Positions 49,002 through 58,641 of a DNA stretch of 64,000 nt are shown piece after piece (positions within the stretch are counted from its first letter, which is position 1; each line of letters opens with the position of its first letter). This DNA is from Promethearchaeota archaeon. GTDB taxonomy: Archaea > Asgardarchaeota > Lokiarchaeia > Sigyniarchaeales > SOKP01. A program made the translations under genes and the position numbers. The stretch is from assembly GCA_019058015.1 (NCBI GenBank), contig JAHLWH010000134.1:1-64000 (forward strand), given 5' to 3'. Below the pieces are notes generated by a model that made no database searches, was not told the DNA's origin, and worked only from the letters and a program-made list of their open reading frames with translations.

Positions 49002-50453
49002 ATGGGACTATTATCATGGTTAATTAAAAAAATTGGGAAGTCGCTTGGAAGAAATACTAAAGCATTATTTTATACTTTATTATATCGAGAAATTTTTAAA
49101 GAGATTTATGATATTAAAAAAGATTTAGATAAATCAGTTAAGATAATGAGATTTATTGGTGGAGAAGCTTCTTTGGAATCTATAAAAAGACAAGCGTCGA
49201 TTTTAAAATTTTTACCTGGAGAACCAGATAGGGTATTAAAATATTTTGAACTTATATGGATCATAGTATTCGGAATGGAAATCGGAGAATATGAATATGA
49301 AGAAGAAGTAGAAGAAGGCTATCCTTATCCAATAGTTCGAGTAAAAATAAAAAAATGCCCAGTTTGTGGAGGATATGGAATGGATCCTGAAGACACTATT
49401 GATTTTAATGAATTAAAAGCAGACTCCGATGGAATGGCATGCGGATTTATTGGAATGATAGAAAAAGTAATTAATTATCTTCTTATGACAAAAGATAACG
49501 ATTTTAGGATGAAAATAACGGAAGAAAAATGTTACGCTAAGGGAGATGACATATTACAATTCAGAATGGATATTATAAATATTCACGATTTCAAATCAAA
49601 AATTCCCGGCTCTGAAGATTTTATTGCAGGAGAAAATGAACATGAACTATTGTTAGAAACTAAAGAAATTAAAGAAAGTGTGTTCGACAAGCTTCGAGAT
49701 AAGCTAGATTTAGATAGAATTGAAGAATTTTTTGATGAACCTTTAAATTCAATTAAAGAAAATCTTTCTAATCTTATAAGAGATAAAATGCATATGGAGC
49801 CTGAAGATTTTTTTGATTGGTTTACTAATTATGAGAGTGATATTTTTAGAATAATTGGTTATTTGAGCATACATCTACTTAATGAATATGGAGGACTTGC
49901 TGAGAAATATCTTTCAAATGAAATATTTGCAAAAATAAGTGGATATATTTTTCAGCAAATTAAAGAAACCTATAAAATATTTATTCCTTTTGATATAATA
50001 GATGATTACCATCAACTTTTACTAGAATTTCTTAGAGATTTAGCTCCTGAAGAAATGGTAGAAAAAATTAAAGACCTTTCTCCAACCGATTGCACTGACC
50101 TTATTTTAGAAGGAACTCAAATGGCATTAGAAGATCTCGGTATTGATTTTTCAGAATTAAAAGAGAATATATGGGAGGAATTAAAAAGACAAAAACCTAC
50201 TGAAGGGGAAAACGAATTAGCTTCTATTACTTCGACTAAAGAGGAAAAAGGATCAGCATTGATACAGATCTTCCAAGAAATATTATTGTTAATTAATGCC
50301 TTGTTGAGTCTTCCAGTTCGGATTATTCTAGCCCGTGAACATGAAAGTATAAAAACCACACTTAAATCAACAACCTCAGGAGGAGAGGTTCTGGAATCAA
50401 TAAAACTTCACGCTGATAGAATCGTTGAATTTTTAGAAGAAATTAGAAGTTAA
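49002..50453 (+). CDS. V4R/Bet3-like N-terminal domain fused to a long acidic helical domain
   Basis: ALFYTLLY...MRFIG..A, KCPVC, CGFIGMI, EEKCYAKGD. Confidence 0.7.
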   Translation: MGLLSWLIKKIGKSLGRNTKALFYTLLYREIFKEIYDIKKDLDKSVKIMRFIGGEASLESIKRQASILKFLPGEPDRVLKYFELIWIIVFGMEIGEYEYEEEVEEGYPYPIVRVKIKKCPVCGGYGMDPEDTIDFNELKADSDGMACGFIGMIEKVINYLLMTKDNDFRMKITEEKCYAKGDDILQFRMDIINIHDFKSKIPGSEDFIAGENEHELLLETKEIKESVFDKLRDKLDLDRIEEFFDEPLNSIKENLSNLIRDKMHMEPEDFFDWFTNYESDIFRIIGYLSIHLLNEYGGLAEKYLSNEIFAKISGYIFQQIKETYKIFIPFDIIDDYHQLLLEFLRDLAPEEMVEKIKDLSPTDCTDLILEGTQMALEDLGIDFSELKENIWEELKRQKPTEGENELASITSTKEEKGSALIQIFQEILLLINALLSLPVRIILAREHESIKTTLKSTTSGGEVLESIKLHADRIVEFLEEIRS

Positions 50454-50476
50454 TTATTGACTTTTATTTTTGTATA

Positions 50477-51460
50477 ATGGAAATTAAAAATTTTGCAGTA
50501 CTTGGATATGGTTCTATCGGAAAAATTCACCTTCGGAATTTAAAGAAACATCCAAAAGCCGAAGTAAAAGCAGTATATTCTCGTTCTCATAAAGCAAAAC
50601 TTACTAAAGGAATAAATTTTTATACTTCTTATGAAAAATTGATTGAAAAAGAAGAAATTGATGCAGTACTCATTGCTACTCCCACATTCACTCATAGAAA
50701 CATTGCTTGTTTCTGCGCCGAAAATGGTTTAGATATTTTTTTAGAAAAACCAATGGCACTAACACTTGATGAATGTGATAGTATTATTAATACTGTTGAA
50801 ATTAATAATGTAAAACTTTTTATTGGGCATGTATTAAGATTTTGGCCTTCTTACCGCTATGTTAGAGATTTTATAATTAGTCCTAAATCCAATCTTGGTG
50901 ATATACACACATTTATAGCGAAAAGATTAAGCACATTTCCATGGAGTGAGTGGTTTGCAGATGAAAAAAAATCTGGTGGTGTAATTTTTGACCTTTCTAT
51001 TCATGATCTTGATTATGCTTCATGGATTTTAGGAAATGTAATTTCTCTTTCATGTAAAGCAAAAAAAATAAAACGGTTTGATCGGAAGGTATTTGGTAAA
51101 TCCAATACATCCTTAACATTTCAAGATGATAAAAAAGCTAAATGTACAGCGAGTTGGGCCGAAAAAAAAGATTTTATTTTTACTACATATGGAAATATTA
51201 TAGGAACAAGAGGAAATGTAGAATTCAATGGAGAAGGAATATTTGAAGGATATTCAGTTGAGATTATTGAGAAATTAAAATCACATGATGGTTATTACAA
51301 TGAACTATCTCATTTTATTGATTGTATTATTAATAGATATAAGAATTTAGCAATAGTTGGTGAAGATGGTAAAAATTCTGTTGCATTATGTTTAGCTGCA
51401 GTAGAATCAGCAAATAATAATGGAAAAACTGTTTTTTTAGATGAATATCTAAACTATTAA
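50477..51460 (+). CDS. Gfo/Idh/MocA-family oxidoreductase
   Basis: GYGSIG..H, IATPT..H, LEKPMA, GHVLRF, SGG...DL.IHD.D. Confidence 0.93.
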   Translation: MEIKNFAVLGYGSIGKIHLRNLKKHPKAEVKAVYSRSHKAKLTKGINFYTSYEKLIEKEEIDAVLIATPTFTHRNIACFCAENGLDIFLEKPMALTLDECDSIINTVEINNVKLFIGHVLRFWPSYRYVRDFIISPKSNLGDIHTFIAKRLSTFPWSEWFADEKKSGGVIFDLSIHDLDYASWILGNVISLSCKAKKIKRFDRKVFGKSNTSLTFQDDKKAKCTASWAEKKDFIFTTYGNIIGTRGNVEFNGEGIFEGYSVEIIEKLKSHDGYYNELSHFIDCIINRYKNLAIVGEDGKNSVALCLAAVESANNNGKTVFLDEYLNY

Positions 51461-51555
51461 AATTAAACCTTCTCTTTTCTAAATGTCTTTAATCTTTATG
51501 TAATTCTCTATCCATAAATCCAATAGAAATTCCTAAATTCTTGGCGATAAAGCCT

Positions 51556-52911
51556 TCAATTTTTTTTTAATTGGGAAATTTCTGATTTATACCTTTGATA
51601 AAATAATTCAACGATATTTTGGAAAAAAAAGCGTTCTTTCAAAACATCATAATGTGATTTATTTTTTAAACTTGTTAATTTTGGTATTTCTTCTGATTTA
51701 ATCTTACCCTCCGCTACGAGATTCATTCGACATTTAAATTGGTCAATTAAATCTACTGGTCTAAGAATTATTGAAAATATTTCAGAAATCTCTTTAATTA
51801 AATCCACTATTTTTAATTTAGTGTTTAATTCCCTATTTGAATATAGATATGAATCTATTTTCTTAATTAGTGACTCTTTCTTATTAATATCAAGATAATC
51901 TTCCTCTGATATTATATCATCAATAAATCGAATTATTTTATTTATTATGGTTTCATTTATCTTGCTTTTTAAAAATTCATTTGTTAATTTTTGTAAAAAA
52001 GTATCTTTTATATATTTCTTAAATCTGATAATTATTGCTTGACTTTCTTTTCTATCAGAACAAATCTCAATAATTTCACCTTTTGGAGTACTATAACTAA
52101 ATCCGTGCCCCTCTGGCCCTAATCCTCCTAAAAAAATCATGGAATATGTATAGAAATTATACCATTTTGGATTTATCATCTTATTTAAATTGATTTTAAT
52201 ATTATTTTCTGAAATTAAATGAGTTTTATCGTCAATTTCTATTATTAAGAAATTATCTTCATCATAAATTTCTTTCAAATCAAAATTATGTATTTTATTA
52301 ATGTGAGCTTTAAAGATTTTTAAATATCTTGATATTTTTCCTAAATTTTTTACACTTAATCCATAAACTGAATAATTATTAAAATAGTTACGAATTTGTT
52401 CCGCAATTTCCTCAAGATTACTATAACCTGGATATATTCCATCTGTTTGAACAAATAAATCATATAACCCTTCAGGTAAATCTTTATATACAAAATAGAT
52501 AAAATAATCACTAACTTCTCCAAATATATCCATTAAATTTTCCATAAAAAGAGTTTTTTGCTTTAATTTTTTAATTAAATTAATTTTCTTTTCATTTAAT
52601 TCTCTATAACTTAAATTATAACGAATTACATATTGCAAGATGCTAATAATTCCACCTAAATGTAGATTTTGAATACAATCATTGATAGCTAATTGAATTT
52701 TTTTAAATCTATCTGGAATTTTTAGAGGATCAACAAAAATGCCTAGTTTTAAGGCTAAATCTAGAATGCTTTGAAAATATTTTAATGAATCAAGAGTTAT
52801 ACAATTTGACAATATTTTATGTATGTATTGTTCAGAATCAACATATTTTTTCTCATGAATTTTATTCCGCAATTCTTTTTCTAATTTAGGAAGATACTTG
52901 GGAATATTCAT
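51556..52911 (-). CDS. Hypothetical protein
   Basis: 451-aa ORF; the only motif-like block is LGGLGPEGHGFSYSTPKGEIIEICSD. Confidence 0.75.
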   Translation of the reverse strand: MNIPKYLPKLEKELRNKIHEKKYVDSEQYIHKILSNCITLDSLKYFQSILDLALKLGIFVDPLKIPDRFKKIQLAINDCIQNLHLGGIISILQYVIRYNLSYRELNEKKINLIKKLKQKTLFMENLMDIFGEVSDYFIYFVYKDLPEGLYDLFVQTDGIYPGYSNLEEIAEQIRNYFNNYSVYGLSVKNLGKISRYLKIFKAHINKIHNFDLKEIYDEDNFLIIEIDDKTHLISENNIKINLNKMINPKWYNFYTYSMIFLGGLGPEGHGFSYSTPKGEIIEICSDRKESQAIIIRFKKYIKDTFLQKLTNEFLKSKINETIINKIIRFIDDIISEEDYLDINKKESLIKKIDSYLYSNRELNTKLKIVDLIKEISEIFSIILRPVDLIDQFKCRMNLVAEGKIKSEEIPKLTSLKNKSHYDVLKERFFFQNIVELFYQRYKSEISQLKKN

Positions 52912-52968
52912 TACTAAAATAAGGTTATATTAATATAAAAAAATCGCCTTTATTATATCAGTTTTGAT

Positions 52969-53361
52969 TTAATCTAATAAGTTAGCTATTTTTTTAGAAG
53001 CAGCAATAATATTTAGGAAAACCATGCCCAAAGAAGGATTTTGAGATGTCAAAACACACAGGATTGCATTGTTTCCTGCCCTTGATAAAATAATTAAGCC
53101 CTCATCTCCTTCAATCATAATTCTTTTAAAATTTCCACGGGCTAACTCAGATACAGCTCTCTCGGATACACTTATTATAGCAGCAGACATAGCACTTATA
53201 ATACCGTTATTAGTTTCTCCTCCATATACAGTTCTTAATCTTGGGAGGGCGCTAGCTATTGGTAATCCTTGAATACTAACAATAGAACTCCCTTGAATTT
53301 CAGAATTCATTGCTTCCATTTGTCGAAGTATATTTGCAAGTTCCGAGAGGTTTTCTGACAA
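52969..53361 (-). CDS. Roadblock/LC7 domain protein
   Basis: IVS..GLPIAS, ISAMSAAI....ERA..EL..G, I.IEG..G, LG..FL. Confidence 0.93.
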   Translation of the reverse strand: MSENLSELANILRQMEAMNSEIQGSSIVSIQGLPIASALPRLRTVYGGETNNGIISAMSAAIISVSERAVSELARGNFKRIMIEGDEGLIILSRAGNNAILCVLTSQNPSLGMVFLNIIAASKKIANLLD

Positions 53362-53546
53362 TTTTAATCAAAAATCAAAAATGTTTAAAGTATTAATCTT
53401 AACAAAAGTAATATTTTATTACATTAATTTATATTTTTTATTTTTTTTAATGTAATTTATATTTTATCAATTAATTTTAATTAGTGTTTAGAATATTTAA
53501 TAATTAATTTTAGAATTTGATTAATATTAGTGATGAGTAAGAAACA

Positions 53547-54590
53547 ATGAGTGAGAAGAAAGCTCCAAAAACAGTTAAAAATCGAATAGAAAATTCAACT
53601 GAACAACAAAATGAAGAAAAAGAAGATTATAAAGAAAAACCAATTGTAAAAGAATCACCAGATGAAAAAAAGAAAGAAGAGGAAGATGAATTAAAAAAAA
53701 AGATTGAATCGACCAAAAAAGCAGGAGAAATCGCCAAAAAAATAAAAGATGCTATTCGCCCTAAAATAAAAGTCGGTGTAAAAGCAATTGACATAATAAA
53801 AGAAATTGAGAATATGATTTTTGATTTAGAAGCTAAACCTGCTTTTCCAATCAATATCTGCATTAATAACATTGCTGCACATTATACTTCACCTGTAAAA
53901 GATGAGATGGTAATAAATGAGGGAGATATTGTTAAAATTGATTTTGGAGTTCATATCGATGGTTATTGTGTTGACACTGCATTTACTTTAAGTTTTAATG
54001 ATAATGAAGAACTAAAAAATATAGTAGAAGCACCAGAAGTAGCGGTTAAGGCAGCAATAATGATGATGAAACCCGGTGTTAAAACCAATGAGATTGGTAA
54101 TAAAATTGAGCAAATAATTAAAGGTTATGGATTTAAATCGATAAAGGAGTTGGGAGGTCATTCTGTAGAACGGTGGAGAGTTCATGGATCAAAAGAACTC
54201 CCAAACCAAAGCTCAAAGCATGGAATAGAAATTGAAGAAAAAGAAATATTTGCCGTTGAAGTTTTTGCTTCTACTGGAGAAGGAACGGTTCATAGATCCG
54301 GAAATGTGCATATTTATAGCCTAAATCCTTCTGCTGGGAGAGTTCCTTTAAGACGAAAAATTTCCAGAAAGATTTTAGGCTTTATCTCAAAAGAATATAA
54401 AACATTACCTTTTTGTGAGCGACAACTTATAGCTGAATTAAAAACTGGTATTAGCTTTGGATTACAAGAACTAAAAAATTCAGGGAAAATCACTCAATAT
54501 CCTGTACTTCTTGAAAGGAAAGGTGTATATATTTCGCAACATGAGGAAACAGTTTTAATTACCAAAGATGGATGTACACAATTAACTTAG
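53547..54590 (+). CDS. map: Methionine aminopeptidase type II with charged N-terminal extension
   Basis: AFP.N...N.IAAHYT, KIDFGVHIDGY..D.A, L.GH, AVEVF.STG.G, type II helical insert, SQHEETV. Confidence 0.95.
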   Translation: MSEKKAPKTVKNRIENSTEQQNEEKEDYKEKPIVKESPDEKKKEEEDELKKKIESTKKAGEIAKKIKDAIRPKIKVGVKAIDIIKEIENMIFDLEAKPAFPINICINNIAAHYTSPVKDEMVINEGDIVKIDFGVHIDGYCVDTAFTLSFNDNEELKNIVEAPEVAVKAAIMMMKPGVKTNEIGNKIEQIIKGYGFKSIKELGGHSVERWRVHGSKELPNQSSKHGIEIEEKEIFAVEVFASTGEGTVHRSGNVHIYSLNPSAGRVPLRRKISRKILGFISKEYKTLPFCERQLIAELKTGISFGLQELKNSGKITQYPVLLERKGVYISQHEETVLITKDGCTQLT

Positions 54591-54636
54591 ACTAAATCAA
54601 ATATTAAAATAATATAATAATAGAAATAAGATTATT

Positions 54637-55764
54637 ATGCGAAAAAAAGGCAAATTAAACAAAAATAATCCCATAAAAATCTGTCTTGTATCTCTTGCCT
54701 TTTTTCCGGATAAAAAAGATGGATCTGCAAAAATTGCTACCTCTATCTATAATTATTTAAACGATAATGGCTATGATATAAAGGTTATCACTGCAAAATG
54801 GAATGTTGATTTAAAAGATCCAAATATAATTCAAATAAATATTATTAGAAAGAGATTTTTTTGGTTCCCTCAATTCATATTAAGTGTTTTCAGAATTTTA
54901 AACAAACAAAAATTTGATATAATTCATGGTAATGGATCTAGGGTAAGTATTTCATTTCTTTTTAGAAAATATCTTACTACTATTCACGATCTAGGACCTT
55001 TTGAAACAAGTTTTTCAAAAATCCCAATTTTACTAATGTTAGAAAAATTAAATGCTTTTAGAGCTAAAAGAATAATTACTCCATCAAATATAATTAAAAT
55101 GGGTTTAAAATATTACATTCGACGACTTAATATTAAAAAAATTAAATGTGTATATAATCCAATCGATCCAAAATTTAAACCTTATCCTAAACAAGGCTTT
55201 TCTCTAAAAGAAAAATTGAATTTAAAGGGACCAACTATTCTTTATATCGGACGTATCGCATTTTATAAAGGTATAGATGATATTATTAAAGCCTATCACT
55301 TAGTAAAAAAGGAAATACCTGATTTAAATTTAGTTATTGGGGGAAAACCTACATTAAAAATGGCAAATATATATCAAAGTTGGAAAGAAAAATATAAAGA
55401 TATAAAATTTGTAGGAATGATTCCAGAAGAAAAGATTCAACATTACTATTCCATGGCAGATGTGTTTGTTACTTATTCTAATGCATCCGAAGGATTTGGT
55501 TTAACTCCAATCGAATCTATTGCTTGTGGAACTCCAGTAATTTGTTCAAATCTTCCAGCATATAGAGAGATATTAGGTGATAATGCTATTTTTGTTCCCC
55601 CGAAAGAACCTGAATTATTGGCAGAAAAAATCAAATATTATTTTAAGAAAGAAGAAATTAAAAAAAATTTAATAAATAAATCTCAAGAAATAATTAAAAA
55701 GTATTCTATGGAGTCTTTTGGTAAAAATTTATTAGACATTTATCAAGAATTCCTTAAAATTTAG
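54637..55764 (+). CDS. GT4 glycosyltransferase
   Basis: TIHDL, YIGRI..YKG, EGFGL.P.ES.ACGTPVI.S. Confidence 0.92.
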   Translation: MRKKGKLNKNNPIKICLVSLAFFPDKKDGSAKIATSIYNYLNDNGYDIKVITAKWNVDLKDPNIIQINIIRKRFFWFPQFILSVFRILNKQKFDIIHGNGSRVSISFLFRKYLTTIHDLGPFETSFSKIPILLMLEKLNAFRAKRIITPSNIIKMGLKYYIRRLNIKKIKCVYNPIDPKFKPYPKQGFSLKEKLNLKGPTILYIGRIAFYKGIDDIIKAYHLVKKEIPDLNLVIGGKPTLKMANIYQSWKEKYKDIKFVGMIPEEKIQHYYSMADVFVTYSNASEGFGLTPIESIACGTPVICSNLPAYREILGDNAIFVPPKEPELLAEKIKYYFKKEEIKKNLINKSQEIIKKYSMESFGKNLLDIYQEFLKI

Positions 55765-56827
55765 AAATTCTTTCTTTAAATTTAGTTATACATATTTCAA
55801 TTGGATTGTCTAATTTTCTAATTTTTTGAAAAGTATCAATTTTGTAATTACTTTCTAAATATTTAATTGCCTGATTGACAGAATCCTTTGCTAAATGAAA
55901 ATGTTTTAAAGGAAAGCCATTATCCATAAGAAATTGCTCTTGTGGATAAGTTTCTAAAGGAAAAAATTCAATAGAAGGCACACCTAATAAAGCAGATTCT
56001 CTCACCATAGTTCCACCGCCAGTAATTACTAATTTCGCAAAATACATTATTTGGGCTAAATTATCTAATCCTTGGTATATTTTAACGGTATCAACATTAA
56101 TATATTCATTAAATTTTAACTTAAGAAAATTATATTGTTCCTCATTTCGAGTTATGATTAAAAATTTATAGTCAGATGTATGCTGTAATAATTCAGGTAT
56201 TATCTCTGATAATTGAGTTTCATGAGGTTTCATTTTAATAGCTAAATAACCAGCCTTAGTAGGTTCTGTTCGACACACAACATACTTATCTTTTGTCAAA
56301 TTTAAATAATTTAAAACGCTTTCATCTGGAATAAAGTCTGAAAGCCATCCAACCTCATCAATTCCATTAAATCGAATTATTTTTTCTTCTTTAAGCCCAT
56401 ATTCTAAATACAATTTTAATGGAATACATTTTGGGACAATAATTTGATTTACATAGGGGAATGTTGTAGAACATGGTCCATAAGATCTTGGTTCATCATT
56501 AAACATTATATTAGGAATCTGGAGCCCAAAGGAAATTCGTAATGCCTCTGGACTTGTTATACAAAATAAAAATTCTGGTTTTTCCTTACTAATAACTTCA
56601 ATTAGTTCTGACAGTCTTTTTGAATATGCCTCTAATTTACCAAGTACAGTTCTCCCACCATACTTTCCTACTGGAATATAATCTACTCCCCATTTATTTA
56701 ATAAATAATAGGTCGAATCAAAATCCCTCGCAGTTATGAAAACGTCATTATCCTTCATTAATTTTTCATAAAGAGGTCTAAGCATTGTAACACTTTTTGG
56801 CTCACAAAAATCTAACCAAATTTTCAA
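55754..56827 (-). CDS. DUF354 GT-B-fold protein
   Basis: MKIWLD, ITARD, GKYGG, SPEA.R.SFGL.IP, GIDE..W, GGGTM.RE.ALLG.P.I. Confidence 0.88.
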   Translation of the reverse strand: MKIWLDFCEPKSVTMLRPLYEKLMKDNDVFITARDFDSTYYLLNKWGVDYIPVGKYGGRTVLGKLEAYSKRLSELIEVISKEKPEFLFCITSPEALRISFGLQIPNIMFNDEPRSYGPCSTTFPYVNQIIVPKCIPLKLYLEYGLKEEKIIRFNGIDEVGWLSDFIPDESVLNYLNLTKDKYVVCRTEPTKAGYLAIKMKPHETQLSEIIPELLQHTSDYKFLIITRNEEQYNFLKLKFNEYINVDTVKIYQGLDNLAQIMYFAKLVITGGGTMVRESALLGVPSIEFFPLETYPQEQFLMDNGFPLKHFHLAKDSVNQAIKYLESNYKIDTFQKIRKLDNPIEICITKFKERISKF

Positions 56828-56850
56828 TATTTTAATACCCTCCTTAAAAA

Positions 56851-57864
56851 TTAAACCCTAGGTTGACAATTCCACTGTTCTAAATTTTCCCTAATCCATT
56901 CTACTTCTTTTTTAACGCCTTCTTCAAACTTAATTTTAGGTTCATAATCTAATTCTTTAGAAATTAAAGAACTATCTAAAATAAAATCTCTCAATTCTCC
57001 AGGTAATCTTTTTCGATTAGGTTGATATTTGCTAGATTCACCTGGTTTAGGATCATCATAAATTGGTTTTAATTTAGGATTTATGAGTTTAATAACGATT
57101 TCGGCAACTTCATTAATTGAATAAAATTCTTTTCCTCCAACGTTATATACTTTACCACCAGTTTTCTCATTTTTTAACGCAAGAATATTGGCATCAACCG
57201 CATCATTAATATATACATAATCTCGAACTTGTTTTCCATCTCCAAATATTATCGGTGCCTTACCCTCTAAAACTCTTTTAATAAATAATGTTAATACTCT
57301 TCCATACCACTCTCTCGGTCCATATACAATTCCATACCGAAGTGAAGTAGTTGGAAAACCATATAATAAATAATATTGAAGGCAATATTTTTCTCCCGCT
57401 AATTTACTCACTCCATAAGGCCAATGAGGCATTAATGGATGATTTTCTGGCTCTGGAGTTAATTGAGCTTGCCCATAAACACCTCCAGAAGAAGCATAAA
57501 TTAATTTTTCTACATCATTTTTTAATGCCGCGTTTAATACATTTAGAGTTCCTTCTATATTAGTTCGTAAATCATGGATTGTATTTTCGATTCCAGTAAA
57601 AACTTCAAGTTCAGCGGCATGATGTGAAACTAAATCCACATCTTTCATGCTCTCTTCTAACTTTTCATAGTCTAAAATATCCCCTTTTATTATTTCTATA
57701 GGTTTTTTTTCGAGAAAATCTTTATTACCAGTTGAAAAATTATCATATACAATTACTTTACCAGCTTCTTCTTCTAAAAATCGATCTACTAAATGAGAAC
57801 CAATAAAACCGGCTCCCCCTGTAATCAAAACATTTTTTCCTTCAATATTCATTATTTTTCCCAT
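56851..57864 (-). CDS. NAD-dependent nucleotide-sugar epimerase/dehydratase (GalE-like)
   Basis: ITGGAGFIGSHL, ASS..VYG, YGVSK, IFGDG.Q.RDYVY..D. Confidence 0.93.
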   Translation of the reverse strand: MGKIMNIEGKNVLITGGAGFIGSHLVDRFLEEEAGKVIVYDNFSTGNKDFLEKKPIEIIKGDILDYEKLEESMKDVDLVSHHAAELEVFTGIENTIHDLRTNIEGTLNVLNAALKNDVEKLIYASSGGVYGQAQLTPEPENHPLMPHWPYGVSKLAGEKYCLQYYLLYGFPTTSLRYGIVYGPREWYGRVLTLFIKRVLEGKAPIIFGDGKQVRDYVYINDAVDANILALKNEKTGGKVYNVGGKEFYSINEVAEIVIKLINPKLKPIYDDPKPGESSKYQPNRKRLPGELRDFILDSSLISKELDYEPKIKFEEGVKKEVEWIRENLEQWNCQPRV

Positions 57865-57896
57865 TATGCAGTGAAGAATCCATATTAGTTAATAAA

Positions 57897-58214
57897 TTAA
57901 CCTTTAAATTCCTTATTACATTGACACGGCTTTGAATTACACACATAACATTTATCCGGATATTTATTCTTTAAAGATTTTTCTAAGTCTATATTAAGAA
58001 TGTTTGCAATGGATACTGTCCAAGCAATTATATCTGCTAATTCTTCAGAAATGTGGGGAATTTCTAATTCCTCCATCTTTAAATTCCTAGCTAATTCTCC
58101 TATTTCCACTACTAGCCATATAAAATTTTTATACACTCCCCTCTCTTTATCCCGATGATAATATAAATCTTTTATGAGCTTTTGAAATTCTGAGATTCTC
58201 ATTTTACAACTCAC
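57897..58214 (-). CDS. MazG-like nucleotide pyrophosphohydrolase
   Basis: Y..RD.ERG, EIGELA, EELAD..AW..S.AN, KYP..C..C...PC.C. Probable ATG at 58202. Confidence 0.9.
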   Translation of the reverse strand: MSCKMRISEFQKLIKDLYYHRDKERGVYKNFIWLVVEIGELARNLKMEELEIPHISEELADIIAWTVSIANILNIDLEKSLKNKYPDKCYVCNSKPCQCNKEFKG

Positions 58215-58274
58215 TTAAAAAATATTAAATTAAAAACAATTAGGTTAAAAAAGTTAAATAAAAAATAGTAATTC

Positions 58275-58484
58275 TTAAAGAATCCAATCAAATACATGCA
58301 CATGAGAAAGAATAACTATTACAATAAGTATTAAAGCAAAAATGACTGCACTTAATGGGCCAATCTTAATTCCTATGGAACTGTCTTCAAAAAACCTCAT
58401 AAGACCTGCACCACTTTGAGGCATGGGCGAACTTTTTGACCTTCTTCTCTTCCTTCTACTTCTTTGCGACATCTTTTTAATCAA
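58275..58484 (-). CDS. sec61b: Protein translocase subunit Sec61beta
   Basis: Basic N-terminus, GAGLMRFFED...GIKI.P, single C-terminal TM ending in H. Confidence 0.92.
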   Translation of the reverse strand: MIKKMSQRSRRKRRRSKSSPMPQSGAGLMRFFEDSSIGIKIGPLSAVIFALILIVIVILSHVHVFDWIL

Positions 58485-58641
58485 AATGTGGTTTAATTGA
58501 TATATAATTTATAAGAAATCTAAATTATTTAAAATTACTAAAATATATGTATAGTAAATTTTATGAATTAATGATTATTTTTTAAAAAATATTAAAGTAA
58601 GTTCAAATTAAAACATTTAAGTTTTCGAGAGTCGTTAGAAA

